In this document: positions 19,431 to 29,866 of the stretch, piece by piece
How the letters are laid out: every line of letters begins with the position of its first letter
Numbering within the stretch: the stretch's first letter is position 1
Source of the DNA: Desulfobacterales bacterium
Lineage (GTDB): Bacteria > Desulfobacterota > Desulfobacteria > Desulfobacterales > UBA2174
Assembly (NCBI GenBank): GCA_963668645.2
Contig: CAXXWC010000014.1
Location: 66,998-130,997 of the forward strand
Reading direction: 5' to 3'
DNA: 64,000 bases
Notes under the pieces: model-generated
What the model was told of the DNA's origin: nothing
Databases searched by the model: none
The model's input: only the letters and a program-made list of their open reading frames with translations
Program-made: the position numbers and the translations under genes

Positions 19431-20582
19431 CTACTTTAAGTTCGCCGCCAGCCGGTCCAGGGCCGCCGACTGCTCGTTGAAGGTCACCGGCGGGCATGGG
19501 CCTACGGCTTTTTTGAAGTAAAAGGCCAGCTCGGGCACCGCGCCGCGCCGCCCGGCGCTCTGGAGGGCCGCCACCCAGCGGGCCAAGTCGATGACCAGCG
19601 GGGCCGCCAGGATCGAATCGCGGCCCTGCAGATCGATGCGCAGGCTCATGGGCATCCCGAAGAGCCCCTGGATGTCTATGACATCCCAGGCTTCCTTGGC
19701 GTCGCCGCGGGGGGGGTAGTAATCGATGCGCACCATATGGGTGGACCGGCCGTAGCGCGCCCCGACCCGGTAGCCGAGGATCTCGTCCAGAAGATCGGTC
19801 TTGTTGGCCACCTTGCCGGCGGCCCGTTGGGGGTCGTCGAGGTTGGCGCCGTCGCTGTTGCCCAGGATGTTGGCGCTGTACCAGCCGTCGATGTGAAGAC
19901 TGCGGGCCTTGAGGGCCGAGGCCAGCGCCACCTTGAAGTAGGTCTGGCCGGTCTTGCCGTCCCGGCCTGCCAGGCAGGTCCCCGCCGTTTCGGCCGCCGC
20001 CAAAATTGCCGGGGCCTCTATGGCGTTGGGGGTGAAATTGATCACCGGCACGCGGCTTTCGACGGCGGCCAGGACATAGGCCAGGTCCGGCAGTGAGACG
20101 GGATCGGCCCCGGCTTTCAGTTCGTCCAGATTCCGGTAGCCCGAAAGATCTTGGAGCAAAGCCGCCGGCAGTAGATTGACCAGAACGGCCTGGGCGCCCG
20201 GGAATTTTTGCCTAAACGCGGCGATGTCCGCGGCCACGGCGGCCGTCTGCTCGGCCAGGGGCAGGGTCGAGTCCGGCGCGGGCAGCAAGTCGATTTTCTC
20301 GATGTCACCGGCCGCATCGGCCCACAAGGCTTCAGGGACCACCCCGTGGTCCGTCAGAGCCTGGCCCAGGGAGCCTGGGCGGCGGTCCCAGCCGGCTATG
20401 CAAAAGTGTTCCGGTGCCGGCAGTTCGGGGTATCTTTGGACGGTGGTCAGGTAGGGCCGGATCAGTTCGGGCCGTTTGGTGAGCAAGGCGGCGGCGACGG
20501 CCAGGGTCGAGCCGATGGCACCGCCCAGACCGGCGACCAGCAGCAGGATAGGGGGCGATTGAGCAGCAGGTTCGGTTGTCAT
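19431..20582 (-). CDS. myo-Inositol-1-phosphate synthase family protein
   Basis: GLGGAIG Rossmann motif; INFTP; GRDGKTGQT; NILGNSDG; DAKEAWD; DSILAAP. Confidence 0.88.
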   Translation of the reverse strand: MTTEPAAQSPPILLLVAGLGGAIGSTLAVAAALLTKRPELIRPYLTTVQRYPELPAPEHFCIAGWDRRPGSLGQALTDHGVVPEALWADAAGDIEKIDLLPAPDSTLPLAEQTAAVAADIAAFRQKFPGAQAVLVNLLPAALLQDLSGYRNLDELKAGADPVSLPDLAYVLAAVESRVPVINFTPNAIEAPAILAAAETAGTCLAGRDGKTGQTYFKVALASALKARSLHIDGWYSANILGNSDGANLDDPQRAAGKVANKTDLLDEILGYRVGARYGRSTHMVRIDYYPPRGDAKEAWDVIDIQGLFGMPMSLRIDLQGRDSILAAPLVIDLARWVAALQSAGRRGAVPELAFYFKKAVGPCPPVTFNEQSAALDRLAANLK

Positions 20583-20710
20583 GCGCCTTTCCGGAGAATT
20601 GATGGGGTTTGAGAACAGATATCACGCCCGCAGAACAGACAGGGCAACGATTAAGATCCTAAATACAAGCGCAATGCGGCCCGGCCCATCGCGCCATCCT
20701 CCACCGCCGC

Positions 20711-22057
20711 TCAACAAGGCCCGGGCCTGGCCGAAAGCCGTCCGGCCTCGGCCCTGCCGCGGGCCTCGTCCACCCGGGAAAAGAGCACCAGGCCCACCAC
20801 AAACAAAAGCACCACCGAGCCGAGGCTCCAGCGGGTGGCGAGCTGCCCCACGGCCTGGACCTGTTCGGGACTGGAGGCGGCGGGCAGCATCAAGCGCCGT
20901 ACCACCAGGCCGACGGTGCCCATCAAGGCTGGCCCGATGATGGCGGCGAATTTGCCCAGCATGTTGTAAAACCCGAAAAACTCGGCGGCCTTGTCCCGGG
21001 GAATCAGCCGCGCATAGTAGGACCGGCTCAGGGCCTGGATTCCGCCCTGGACCAGGCCGATCACCACCGCGAGAAGGTAAAATTCATGGCGTTCTTTCAT
21101 CATGGTGCCCCATAGGGTCACCAGGATATAGATGCCGATGGCCAGGTATATGGCCCGGCGCACGCCCCACCGCTCTCCGAGGCGCCCGAAGACCAGGGCC
21201 GCCGGAAAGCCGACGAACTGCACGATCAGCAGGGCCACGATAAGATCGTTGGGATCGAAGCCCAGGGACATGCCGTAGTCCACCGCCATGCGGATGATGG
21301 TGTCCACCCCGTCGATGTAGAACCAATAGGCCACCAGAAAGAGGCCGACGGTTTTAAGGTGGCGGGTCTTTTGGAAGGTGTCGCGCAGTTGGTTGAGTCC
21401 TGCGCGCACCGCGGAGGCCCGGGCCGGTTTGTCAAAAGCTCCGGGTTCCGGGACCCATGCGATGGTGATCAGGGTAAAGGCGCCCCACCAGAGGGCCACC
21501 GAAAGAAACGAGATGCGCACGGCGGTGGCGGCGTCCGGGATCCCGAAAAGAGCCGGTTTGAGGGTCATGGCCACGTTGACCAGAAAGAGCAGCCCGCCGC
21601 CGAGGTAGCCCATGGAAAAGCCGAGGCTGGACACCCTGTCGATGCGGTCCTCGTTCACCAGGCTGGGCAGCAGGGCGTCGTAGAAGATGTTGGCCCCGGA
21701 AAACCCGATGACCCCCATGATGTAGACAAATACGGCCAGAGCCCATTGGCCCTTGGACACAAGAAAGAGGCTGGCTGTGGCCAGGACCCCCAGGTAGGCG
21801 AAAAAGATCAGGAATTTTTTGCGGGCAGAGCCGCGGTCGGCGATGGCGCCCAGAACCGGCGCCATCAGGGCCACCAGCAACCCGCCGATGGCATTGGCGT
21901 ATCCGAGCTGGGCCGTGCTCAGGTTCGGGTCCGCTCCATAGCTCCAGTATTGCTTGAAAAAGATGGGAAAAAAACCGGCCATGACCGTGGTGGCGAAGGC
22001 CGAATTGGCCCAGTCATAGATGGCCCAACCCCAGATGACGCGTTTTGGGTGGTTCAT
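20711..22057 (-). CDS. MFS transporter (UMF1/Atg22-like)
   Basis: WAIYDWANSAF; FYDALL; QALSRSYY; 12-TM pattern. Confidence 0.9.
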   Translation of the reverse strand: MNHPKRVIWGWAIYDWANSAFATTVMAGFFPIFFKQYWSYGADPNLSTAQLGYANAIGGLLVALMAPVLGAIADRGSARKKFLIFFAYLGVLATASLFLVSKGQWALAVFVYIMGVIGFSGANIFYDALLPSLVNEDRIDRVSSLGFSMGYLGGGLLFLVNVAMTLKPALFGIPDAATAVRISFLSVALWWGAFTLITIAWVPEPGAFDKPARASAVRAGLNQLRDTFQKTRHLKTVGLFLVAYWFYIDGVDTIIRMAVDYGMSLGFDPNDLIVALLIVQFVGFPAALVFGRLGERWGVRRAIYLAIGIYILVTLWGTMMKERHEFYLLAVVIGLVQGGIQALSRSYYARLIPRDKAAEFFGFYNMLGKFAAIIGPALMGTVGLVVRRLMLPAASSPEQVQAVGQLATRWSLGSVVLLFVVGLVLFSRVDEARGRAEAGRLSARPGPC

Positions 22058-22333
22058 CGGATAGGTCCCTCAAACCGTTCCGTACGGCCGCAAAAAGCTC
22101 CGCCGGTAAGCGTTTGCTTGGAGCTGATCGTCAAGCGCCGCTATTGAAAAACGTGGCCGGTCATACATCGGGATCTGGAACCGCCGGCTGAAACATCAAT
22201 TCACGATGGCCTCCACTATCAACCAAAGATCGGCGGCGATCAAGAGACAAATCGATTTGGCTTTTTACGCCAACTTCGCTATTCTTGAATCCATTCGTCA
22301 CGCTTCGGGATAAAAGATCCATTCTACGGCGGC

Positions 22334-22864
22334 GTGAAATGGATCGTGCCGCCATGGGATGGCGCCCCGAACCAATCGCATCGAGGACCTCGAATGATGG
22401 CGGGAAGACCGTTTGCCAGATGGCGGGTTGCTGGATCGAAGACCACGGCGATGGCCATGGCGCTGCTGCTGGGCTTGATCTGGATAACCCACGCCATGCC
22501 GGCCGAGGCTGAAAGTCCGGCCGATGTGGCCCCCCCCGGGAAACTGACCCTGGTTCAAGCGGTGGTCTGCGAGCAGGTGGACGGATTGAGTCCCAAAAAC
22601 CCGGCCGTGGCTTTTCCCATGGAACTTGGCGAGGTGATCTGTTTTACGGCCTTCGATCCGGTTCCCGAAGCCACGGTGATCTACCATCAGTGGTATTTTC
22701 ACGGCGAACCCAGCTCGCGGATCCGCTTGCGCCTCAAGCCACCGCGCTGGTCCACCTTCAGTCGCATTCAGCTTCGACCCGGAGATGCCGGACCCTGGCG
22801 GGTGCAGGTGCTGGATGCCGATGAGCGGCCCTTGGCGACCCTGCGCTTCAGTGTTGTCGAGTGA
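22334..22864 (+). CDS. DUF2914-like exported protein
   Basis: IYHQWY...RWSTFS...GPWRVQV; start probably later. Confidence 0.7.
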   Translation: MKWIVPPWDGAPNQSHRGPRMMAGRPFARWRVAGSKTTAMAMALLLGLIWITHAMPAEAESPADVAPPGKLTLVQAVVCEQVDGLSPKNPAVAFPMELGEVICFTAFDPVPEATVIYHQWYFHGEPSSRIRLRLKPPRWSTFSRIQLRPGDAGPWRVQVLDADERPLATLRFSVVE

Positions 22865-22905
22865 ATAACCAAATTCTCAAACCGGACGAGGAGCCGTAAC
22901 CCGGA

Positions 22906-24339
22906 ATGGAAGCGGTCGTCTTTTTCCTCAAAAGCCTGCGCTGGCAGGACATCGTCGATCTGCTGCTTAACAGTTTCATCCTCTTTCGGCTCTACGTGCT
23001 GTTTCGCGGAACCATTCTGATCCAGGTCATCACCGGCTTCGGCCTGCTTTGGATCGCCCAGCGCATCTCTACCCATTTCGGCCTGATCCTCACCAGCTGG
23101 GTGCTTCAGGCGATCATCGCCGCTGGCGCTCTGATCATCATCATCGTTTTCCGCAGCGAACTGCGCAGCGTCCTTCAAGTCCGAAATCTCAAGGCGATCT
23201 TCTGGGGCGTTCCCCGCCATGCGCTGCAAACACCGGTGGATGCCATCGTCGCGGCGGTCTATGAACTGGCCCGGCGCCGGATCGGCGCGCTGATCGTGAT
23301 CCCGGGGAACAAAGCCCTGGACGAGCTGGTGCAAAACGGCATTGCCATCGACGCCAACATCTCCAAGGAGATGCTGATCAGCGTTTTCTGGCCCGACAAT
23401 CCGATCCACGACGGCGCGGCCATTATCCAGGACAATCGCATCGTGCAGGTGGGCGCCATTTTGCCCCTTTCGCGGCGCGAGGATCTGCCCTCCCAATACG
23501 GGACCCGGCACCGGGCCGCCGCCGGGCTCACCGAAGAGACCGACGCCCTGGTGGTGGTGGCTTCCGAAGAGACCGGCAGGGTTGCGGTGGCCCGCAGCGG
23601 GCGGCTGGTGAACATCGAGGACAACTTGTCCCTGCTGCGCATGCTGGCCGAACACACCGGCCACGGCAGTGAGGCCGAGGCCCCGCCGCCGGTGCGCGAA
23701 GGGCTCAGCTACATCGCGGCGGCCCTGGTCTGCCTGCTGGTGGTGGGTGGGGTCTGGTTCTCCTTTGCCCGCGGGCAGGAAACCCTCATGACCTTCGATA
23801 TCCCCATCGACTATGTCAACCGTGTCGCCTCGATGGAGATTTTGGACGCCTCGGCCACCTCGGTGAAACTCGACGTGAGCGGCTCGGGTCCCCTGATCCG
23901 ATCCCTGCGCCCGGAACAGGTCAAGGTCCAGGTCGACCTGGCCGGTGCGGTGGCCGGCCCCAACAGCATCGCCCTCAAGCCCGAGATGGTGCGCCTGCCG
24001 CCGGGGATCAAGCTCAAGAAGGTGGTCCCGGCAAATCTGGAGTTGATGCTGGATGCCATCGGCGAAAAACTCCTGCCCGTCCAAGTGGACTGGGTAGGCC
24101 CGCCGCGGGCCGGCATCCGTCTCGTATCGGCGCAGGTCGTTCCGCCGCGGATCAAGCTGACCGGCAGCCAGCGGCAGCTGGCCAAAATGGATACGATCTA
24201 TACCAAGAAGGTCGCCCTGAAAGGGCTGGAATCCTCGGGGAGTGTGACCGTACAACTCGCCCTGGACGGCGGGGCGGTGCGGGTGGCTTCGGGAAGCTCG
24301 GATCGCGTAACCGTCAACTATGTCGTCGAACCGCGCTGA
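22906..24339 (+). CDS. Diadenylate cyclase CdaA fused to YbbR/CdaR-like domains
   Basis: Three N-terminal TM helices; HDGA and GTRHRAA DAC motifs; a further TM, then YbbR-like repeats. Confidence 0.9.
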   Translation: MEAVVFFLKSLRWQDIVDLLLNSFILFRLYVLFRGTILIQVITGFGLLWIAQRISTHFGLILTSWVLQAIIAAGALIIIIVFRSELRSVLQVRNLKAIFWGVPRHALQTPVDAIVAAVYELARRRIGALIVIPGNKALDELVQNGIAIDANISKEMLISVFWPDNPIHDGAAIIQDNRIVQVGAILPLSRREDLPSQYGTRHRAAAGLTEETDALVVVASEETGRVAVARSGRLVNIEDNLSLLRMLAEHTGHGSEAEAPPPVREGLSYIAAALVCLLVVGGVWFSFARGQETLMTFDIPIDYVNRVASMEILDASATSVKLDVSGSGPLIRSLRPEQVKVQVDLAGAVAGPNSIALKPEMVRLPPGIKLKKVVPANLELMLDAIGEKLLPVQVDWVGPPRAGIRLVSAQVVPPRIKLTGSQRQLAKMDTIYTKKVALKGLESSGSVTVQLALDGGAVRVASGSSDRVTVNYVVEPR

Positions 24340-24401
24340 CAGCCGGTGGATAATCGTCGCCTCGGGCCGCCATACGGAGCGATGCAACCTCTTGGCAACG
24401 G

Positions 24402-25283
24402 TTAAAGCCGGCAGGTGCGGATTTGCGTGACGATGATCCCCCTGGCGCCCACCTGGGCCAGGCGGTCGAGGATTGGGTTGACCTCGCGCCGCGGGGTCAT
24501 CGCCTTGACCGCCACCCAACCCTGGCGGCTCAAGGGCGCCACGGTGGGCGATTCGATGCCGGGCGTGATCACGCAAGCCATTTCGAGCATCACCTCGGGC
24601 ACGTCGTATTCCACCATAACGTATTCACGGGCCGTCACGATCCCCTGAAGCCGATCGACGAAGCTACGGGCATCCGGATCGGTCAGAATCTCGGAGGTGC
24701 GGCTCAGCAGCACGGCCTGGCTTTCGACGATGGGATCACCCAATGTCTCGAGGCCGGCCTCATGGAGGGTGCGGCCGGATTCGACCACGTCGGCGATGGC
24801 ATCCGCCACCCCGAGCTGGATGCTGATTTCCACTGCCCCGTCCAGGCGCACGACGCCGGCTGAAATGCCGCGGCGATCCAGATCGGCCTTGACCAGGTTG
24901 GGAAAAGAGGTGGCGATCCGTTTCCCGGCGATGGCCTGGATTTCTTTTTGCGTCCCCCGGGGCATGGCATAATGGAAACGCGAACGGCCAAAACCCAAAG
25001 GCAGCAGTTCGGTGAACCGGGCCTGGCTGTCCAGGGCCAGGTCGCGGCCGGTGATTCCCATTGCCAGGACCCCGCTGCCCACGTAGATGGCGATGTCCCG
25101 GGGCCGCAGAAAGACGAACTCGATCCGGTGTTCGGGATCGCGGACCATCAGTTCACGGCCGTAGCGCCGGCAGGCGTAGCCGGCCTCGCGCACCAGGCGT
25201 ACGGCGTCTTCGGAAAGGCCGCCTTTATTGGGAAGGGCGATATGGAGCATGAAGACCTCGATGTTTTCCAGGTGACGGTGCAA
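24402..25283 (-). CDS. hisG: ATP phosphoribosyltransferase (long form)
   Basis: IALPNKG; RPRDIA; DGAVE; DVVESGRTL; PGIESPT. Confidence 0.96.
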   Translation of the reverse strand: MHRHLENIEVFMLHIALPNKGGLSEDAVRLVREAGYACRRYGRELMVRDPEHRIEFVFLRPRDIAIYVGSGVLAMGITGRDLALDSQARFTELLPLGFGRSRFHYAMPRGTQKEIQAIAGKRIATSFPNLVKADLDRRGISAGVVRLDGAVEISIQLGVADAIADVVESGRTLHEAGLETLGDPIVESQAVLLSRTSEILTDPDARSFVDRLQGIVTAREYVMVEYDVPEVMLEMACVITPGIESPTVAPLSRQGWVAVKAMTPRREVNPILDRLAQVGARGIIVTQIRTCRL

Positions 25284-25310
25284 TAAGGGGGCTGCTTCCG
25301 ATTTCAGCCG

Positions 25311-25577
25311 CTACAAGAAGCGATAGACATCCTCCAGCTCCAGTTCGCAGGCGATCATCATCACCTGGATATGGTAGAGCAGTTGAGAGATCTCTTCGGC
25401 GGTGCGCTGGCGGCTTTCGTGTTCGGCCGCCAGCCAGACTTCCCCGGCTTCCTCGAGGACTTTTTTGCCTATGGCGTGTTTGCCGGCCGCCACGGCCCGG
25501 ACCGTTTGCGAGTCGGGGGCCTGGCAGGCCACTTTCTGTTTCAGTTCGTCGAAGAGGGAATCGAAGGTTTTCATCAT
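25311..25577 (-). CDS. hisE: Phosphoribosyl-ATP diphosphatase
   Basis: [25 protein letters not shown]. Confidence 0.95.
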   Translation of the reverse strand: MMKTFDSLFDELKQKVACQAPDSQTVRAVAAGKHAIGKKVLEEAGEVWLAAEHESRQRTAEEISQLLYHIQVMMIACELELEDVYRFL

Positions 25578-25972
25578 CGGCTTCTTTTCGTTTTCAGATT
25601 CAAGACCCGGCGCACGTCCTCCGTTCTGCGGGCGGCATGCTGCGGGTGGTTGACATTGGAAAGGGTCATGAGATGGCGGGCGGCCTCCAACGGATCTTCA
25701 GCGCGGTTTTTCAGCGCCAGGCGATACCAATGGGGAAGTTGTCGGCTGTAACAGACGGTCAAGGCACCGGCGTATTCACGGATGGTGGCCCGCCAATGGG
25801 CAGTGGCGGGCTCGCCGGGGATTTCCAGTGCCCGCCGAATGCGCTCTTTGAGCAGATGGTAGCGCAAGAGGGGCCGGATCACAAGGCGGGCCAGCACATA
25901 TCCGAACGAGCCGACCAGAAAGCTCAGCAGAGCCGCCCAAACGATGGGTTTCAACAACCATTGCAGGATCAT
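25574..25972 (-). CDS. Hypothetical membrane-anchored protein
   Basis: N-terminal TM; overlaps the hisE start (ATGA coupling). Confidence 0.6.
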   Translation of the reverse strand: MILQWLLKPIVWAALLSFLVGSFGYVLARLVIRPLLRYHLLKERIRRALEIPGEPATAHWRATIREYAGALTVCYSRQLPHWYRLALKNRAEDPLEAARHLMTLSNVNHPQHAARRTEDVRRVLNLKTKRSR

Positions 25973-26135
25973 AGCACACGGCGCCAGACGATCTGGCGAT
26001 CTCCTTTCCGACTTGCCCTTATATCGGCTGGGCGGGCGAAAATCAACGTCCCGGCCGTGTGCCCGTCTGGCGGCCGGAATCCTCTTTACATTTCATAGTC
26101 AGGGCTTATTATGAAACATTTTTAGATGGAGGAGG

Positions 26136-26459
26136 ATGGTCTTGGCAATGACACTCAAGTTGGATGTGCCCGACGATCGCTTGGGCGTTTTTCAGCGGAT
26201 GAAGCGCCAGCTGCCCTTGGAGGTTCGTGAAGACGAGCAGACCTTGCGCCGCATGCTGGGCTACCTCAAGCTTGGCGGTGAACGTTTGGTGCGCCAGTAC
26301 GTGGCGGCCCTCAAAACGGATTTCCCGGAGGATACCGTCCTGTTCAAGCGCCGCAGCATCGACGAAAGCCTTGACGAGGGGGCCGGTGATGGGGAAGGCG
26401 AGGAGGAAGAGGAAGGCGGCGAATCGCTGAGCGACGATGATGACGTAGAGGAAGACTGA
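26136..26459 (+). CDS. Hypothetical protein with acidic tail
   Basis: GGAGGAGG RBS; coherent ORF. Confidence 0.65.
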   Translation: MVLAMTLKLDVPDDRLGVFQRMKRQLPLEVREDEQTLRRMLGYLKLGGERLVRQYVAALKTDFPEDTVLFKRRSIDESLDEGAGDGEGEEEEEGGESLSDDDDVEED

Positions 26460-26558
26460 CTGCGGTCTCCCGCAGCTTGAAAGCCGTTCGGAGGGGATCG
26501 AAGGGAAGGACGCTGCAAGGTCGCACGGCCACATCCTGCGCTGAAAGAGGGGAAAAAT

Positions 26559-26942
26559 ATGAATGACAATCGACTGCCCGTCGCCCCCCTGCACCGGGTG
26601 ACGTTGGCCTTGCGCCTTGCCGGTCCAAGCGGCTCCAGCCTCGGGGCGGAGGCGGCCCATCCTTTCAGCTTCGTCCTCGGTGTGGCCAGCGGCGGCATGA
26701 GCCCCTTCGAGTATGCGCTGCTGAACAAGGTCCCGGGAGAAGAAGTCGAGTTGAAAATCACCCACGAGAATCGCCACGAAATCTTCGAATATCTTGAACC
26801 ATCGCTGGATATCCTGCGCGGGGTCATCCTGCCGGTGCACCTGCACGCCCGGGTGACGGCCGTTGCGCCGGCCGCACCGCGGGAAATCGTGCAAGCCATG
26901 GCCTCGGTGGGCGGCTGCGAATGCGGCTGCGGCTGCAGCTGA
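26559..26942 (+). CDS. Hypothetical SlyD-like protein with C-terminal CECGCGC
   Basis: F.LG...M.PFE..L..K.PGE resembles the FKBP/SlyD N-terminus; Cys-rich tail. Confidence 0.55.
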   Translation: MNDNRLPVAPLHRVTLALRLAGPSGSSLGAEAAHPFSFVLGVASGGMSPFEYALLNKVPGEEVELKITHENRHEIFEYLEPSLDILRGVILPVHLHARVTAVAPAAPREIVQAMASVGGCECGCGCS

Positions 26943-27032
26943 AAGATAGGCTCGGCGCACCATCCGGTTCTAAACCCGATTCCCCCGAAGCAGGCAAAGC
27001 CCAACCGCCTGTTGACCCCATGAAGTGCACCT

Positions 27033-27926
27033 TTGGCCTCTTGTGGAGGTGCTGTGCGCATCGATTCCACCCATGTGGGAACCCGGTTAAAGCCCCACCG
27101 GACCGTGGTCGACTGGCGCTGGACCACCAACTACGCCGCGGCCCTGGACGACGACAATCCCTGCTATTTCGACGATACCCGCTCGGCGGGGATCGTGGCC
27201 CCGCCGGTTTTCGCGGCAGCCGTGACCTGGCCGGTGACCTCGCATCTCGACCGTTATATCGAATCCGACGGTTTCCCGGTGGATCTGCTGGCCATGCTGG
27301 TGCACCACACCGAGCATATCGCGCTGCACCAGCCTGTCAGGCCCGGGCAGATCCTCGATCTTGCCGGGACGGTGGCCGCCATCCGGCCCCACCGGGCCGG
27401 CACGCGGGTGATCCTGCGCTACGAGGCGGTCGATCAAGAAGGCGCACCGGTTTTCACCGAACATATCGGCGGCATGCTGCGGGGGGTTGTCTGCGCGGAT
27501 GAGGGCAGCGGCCTGGACGGCCTGCCGCCCGACCCGCCTCCTGTGCCCCAAGGGAACCATGCCTGGGAGGCGCCGGTAACCGTGCACCGGCTGCTTCCCT
27601 ACGTCTACGACGGTTGCAGCGGGATCGTTTTTCCGATTCATACCTCGCCGGCCTTCGCCCGCGAGGTCGGGCTTCCGGGCATTATTCTCCAGGGCACGGC
27701 CACCCTGGCCCTGGCAATGCGGGAGATCGTCAACCGCGAGGCCGGCGGGGACCCGGAGCGCCTGGCTTCACTGACCTGCCGTTTTTCCGGCCTGGTGCCA
27801 CCCGGAACCACGATCCGGGTGGCTGTGGGATGCCGCTGCGAAGAGCGTCTTTTCTTCGAGGTGCGCGACGCGGCCGGCAAACGGGTCGTCAGCAACGGGC
27901 AGGTCTGTTTTAAGCCGCCGCCGTGA
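27033..27926 (+). CDS. Double hot-dog MaoC-family dehydratase
   Basis: YAAALDDDNP; PIHT...A...GLPGIILQG. Confidence 0.85.
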   Translation: MASCGGAVRIDSTHVGTRLKPHRTVVDWRWTTNYAAALDDDNPCYFDDTRSAGIVAPPVFAAAVTWPVTSHLDRYIESDGFPVDLLAMLVHHTEHIALHQPVRPGQILDLAGTVAAIRPHRAGTRVILRYEAVDQEGAPVFTEHIGGMLRGVVCADEGSGLDGLPPDPPPVPQGNHAWEAPVTVHRLLPYVYDGCSGIVFPIHTSPAFAREVGLPGIILQGTATLALAMREIVNREAGGDPERLASLTCRFSGLVPPGTTIRVAVGCRCEERLFFEVRDAAGKRVVSNGQVCFKPPP

Positions 27927-27983
27927 CGGCTCCCAGCCCGGGCCGATCACTGCCTTCTTACTGCCGTACCAGCATGAAACCGG

Positions 27984-28814
27984 TCAGGTCCATCGGATGT
28001 TTTGAGCGTCTCCGGCTGCCGTGGCGGCCGGGGAACCTTCGGGTGCGACACAGGGAACAAAGAGGGCATGGCCGTCATCCAGCTCGACCCGGCGGGTGGC
28101 CGTTTGATAGAGGCGGCTGACCGTGGCCGCGGTCATGACCGCCCCGGCCTTGCCGCCGGCCAGGACCCGGCCTTTGCTGAGCATGATGACCGTGTCGGCA
28201 AATCGGACGGCCAGGTTCGGATCGTGGAGCGAGGCGACCACCCGGGTCCCCTTCTCCCGGCACAGCCTTTTGATCTTGTCCAGCAGGCGGTACTGGTTGT
28301 TGAAGTCGAGATGATTGGTGGGTTCGTCGAGAAGCAGGGTCCCCTGAGCCTGTAAAATGGCCCTGGCCAGCAGGGCGATGCGCCTCTCGCCTCCCGAAAT
28401 GCGGTTGAAATTTCGTTCAGCAAGCGCTTCGGCCTCCAGCTCTTCAAGGACCTTGCGGGCCGCCAGATAGTCTTGCGGTCCCGGCCGCTGCATGAATCCG
28501 AGAGCGGCCGTGCGCCCCATGACCACCACATCAATCACCCGAAACGGAAAGATGGCGGTATGCTCCTGGGGCACCAGGCTGATCCGGCGGGCGATTTCGA
28601 CCCGGGGGGCTCGGCGCAGATCCAGGCCGTCGACCGCCACGGCCCCCTGCTGCGGGTGCAGCAGCCCGGCCAGGCAGTAGAGCAGGGTGGTTTTCCCCGA
28701 TCCGTTGCGGCCCAGCAGCACGCAGAATTCTCCCTTGCTGACCTCAAGATCTACCGCCGCCAGTACGGGGTTGCCGTTGTAGCTAAAATGCAGATCGCGG
28801 CAGACCAGGCTCAT
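27984..28814 (-). CDS. Fe-siderophore/cobalamin ABC transporter ATPase
   Basis: GRNGSGKTT; ISGGE; LLDEPTNHLD. Confidence 0.93.
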   Translation of the reverse strand: MSLVCRDLHFSYNGNPVLAAVDLEVSKGEFCVLLGRNGSGKTTLLYCLAGLLHPQQGAVAVDGLDLRRAPRVEIARRISLVPQEHTAIFPFRVIDVVVMGRTAALGFMQRPGPQDYLAARKVLEELEAEALAERNFNRISGGERRIALLARAILQAQGTLLLDEPTNHLDFNNQYRLLDKIKRLCREKGTRVVASLHDPNLAVRFADTVIMLSKGRVLAGGKAGAVMTAATVSRLYQTATRRVELDDGHALFVPCVAPEGSPAATAAGDAQNIRWT

Positions 28815-29866
28815 GACCAGCCACTTCCCCGGTTGCGGTAGAGCAGATAGGCGAAAAGCGGTGCACCGATAAAGGCGGTCACCACGCTGATGGGCAGTTC
28901 GGTCATGGTCAGCGTGCGGGCTACCGTGTCGGCCAGCAGCAGAAAGATCCCCCCCGAGAGGACTGCCACCGGCAGCATCTGTTCATGATTGGGCCCCACC
29001 AGGGTGCGGGCGATGTGGGGCATGACCAGGCCCACCCAGCAGACCTGGCCGCAGATGGCCACGGCTACCGAAACCACAACCGAACTGAGGAAAATAAAGA
29101 GAAGGCGGTACAAAACGGGATTGAGGCCGAGGCTTTTGGCCTGCAGATCGCCCAGCGACAGCACATTGAGCTTGTAGCGCATCAGATGGATCAAAACCAG
29201 GCTGCCGCCCATGACGGGAGCGGCGATGAAAAAGTCCGACCACTGCCCCCCGGCTCATGCTGCCCATCATCCAGAAAACGATGGCCGGCAGCTCATTGTA
29301 CGGGTCCGAGAGGTATTTGAGCAGGGTGATGGGACGAGTTGAACACCGACAGCACCACAAGACCGGCCAGTACCAGCACCAGCATGGGCCGTACGGCCAC
29401 CAGCCGGGCGATGAGAATGGCCATGCCCACCGCGGCCAGCCCGAAGACGAAGGCCATGGACTGGATGACCAGCCAACTGCTGCCGGCCATGAGCAGCCCC
29501 AGGGCCGCACCGAAAGTGGCGCCGGCCGAGACCCCGAGGATGTCCGGGGAAACCAGGGGGTTGCGAAACAGCCCCTGATACACGGCGCCGGCTGCGGAGA
29601 GCCCCATGCCCACCAGGACGGTAATCAGTGCCCGGGGGATCCTTACCAGCCCCCAGGACCAGGGCCTTTCCGGCCACCGCTTCCCCGGCCTGACCGCCCA
29701 GCCAGAACCGCACGATGGGGCCCAGCTCGTCCGGGGAGATGGGCACCCAGCCGATCCACAGCGACAACACCAGGGCGGCAAGGAGTCCGGCGGCCAGGCT
29801 GGTGGTCAAGCGGGCGGTGCGCCTTGATGGATCCCGGGCGGATTCGGCCTGCAGGGGCACGGACAT
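28811..29866 (-). CDS. FecCD-family permease (frameshifted near 29245, 29335 and 29650)
   Basis: RIPR; QGLFRNPLVSPDILGVSAGA; VGLVMPHIAR, distributed across frames. Confidence 0.85.

Noticed and set aside
22768..24576. Long antisense ORFs (602 aa here; also 30269-31957, 53764-55140, 56579-57943)
   Set aside because: Shadows of real genes on the opposite strand in GC-rich DNA
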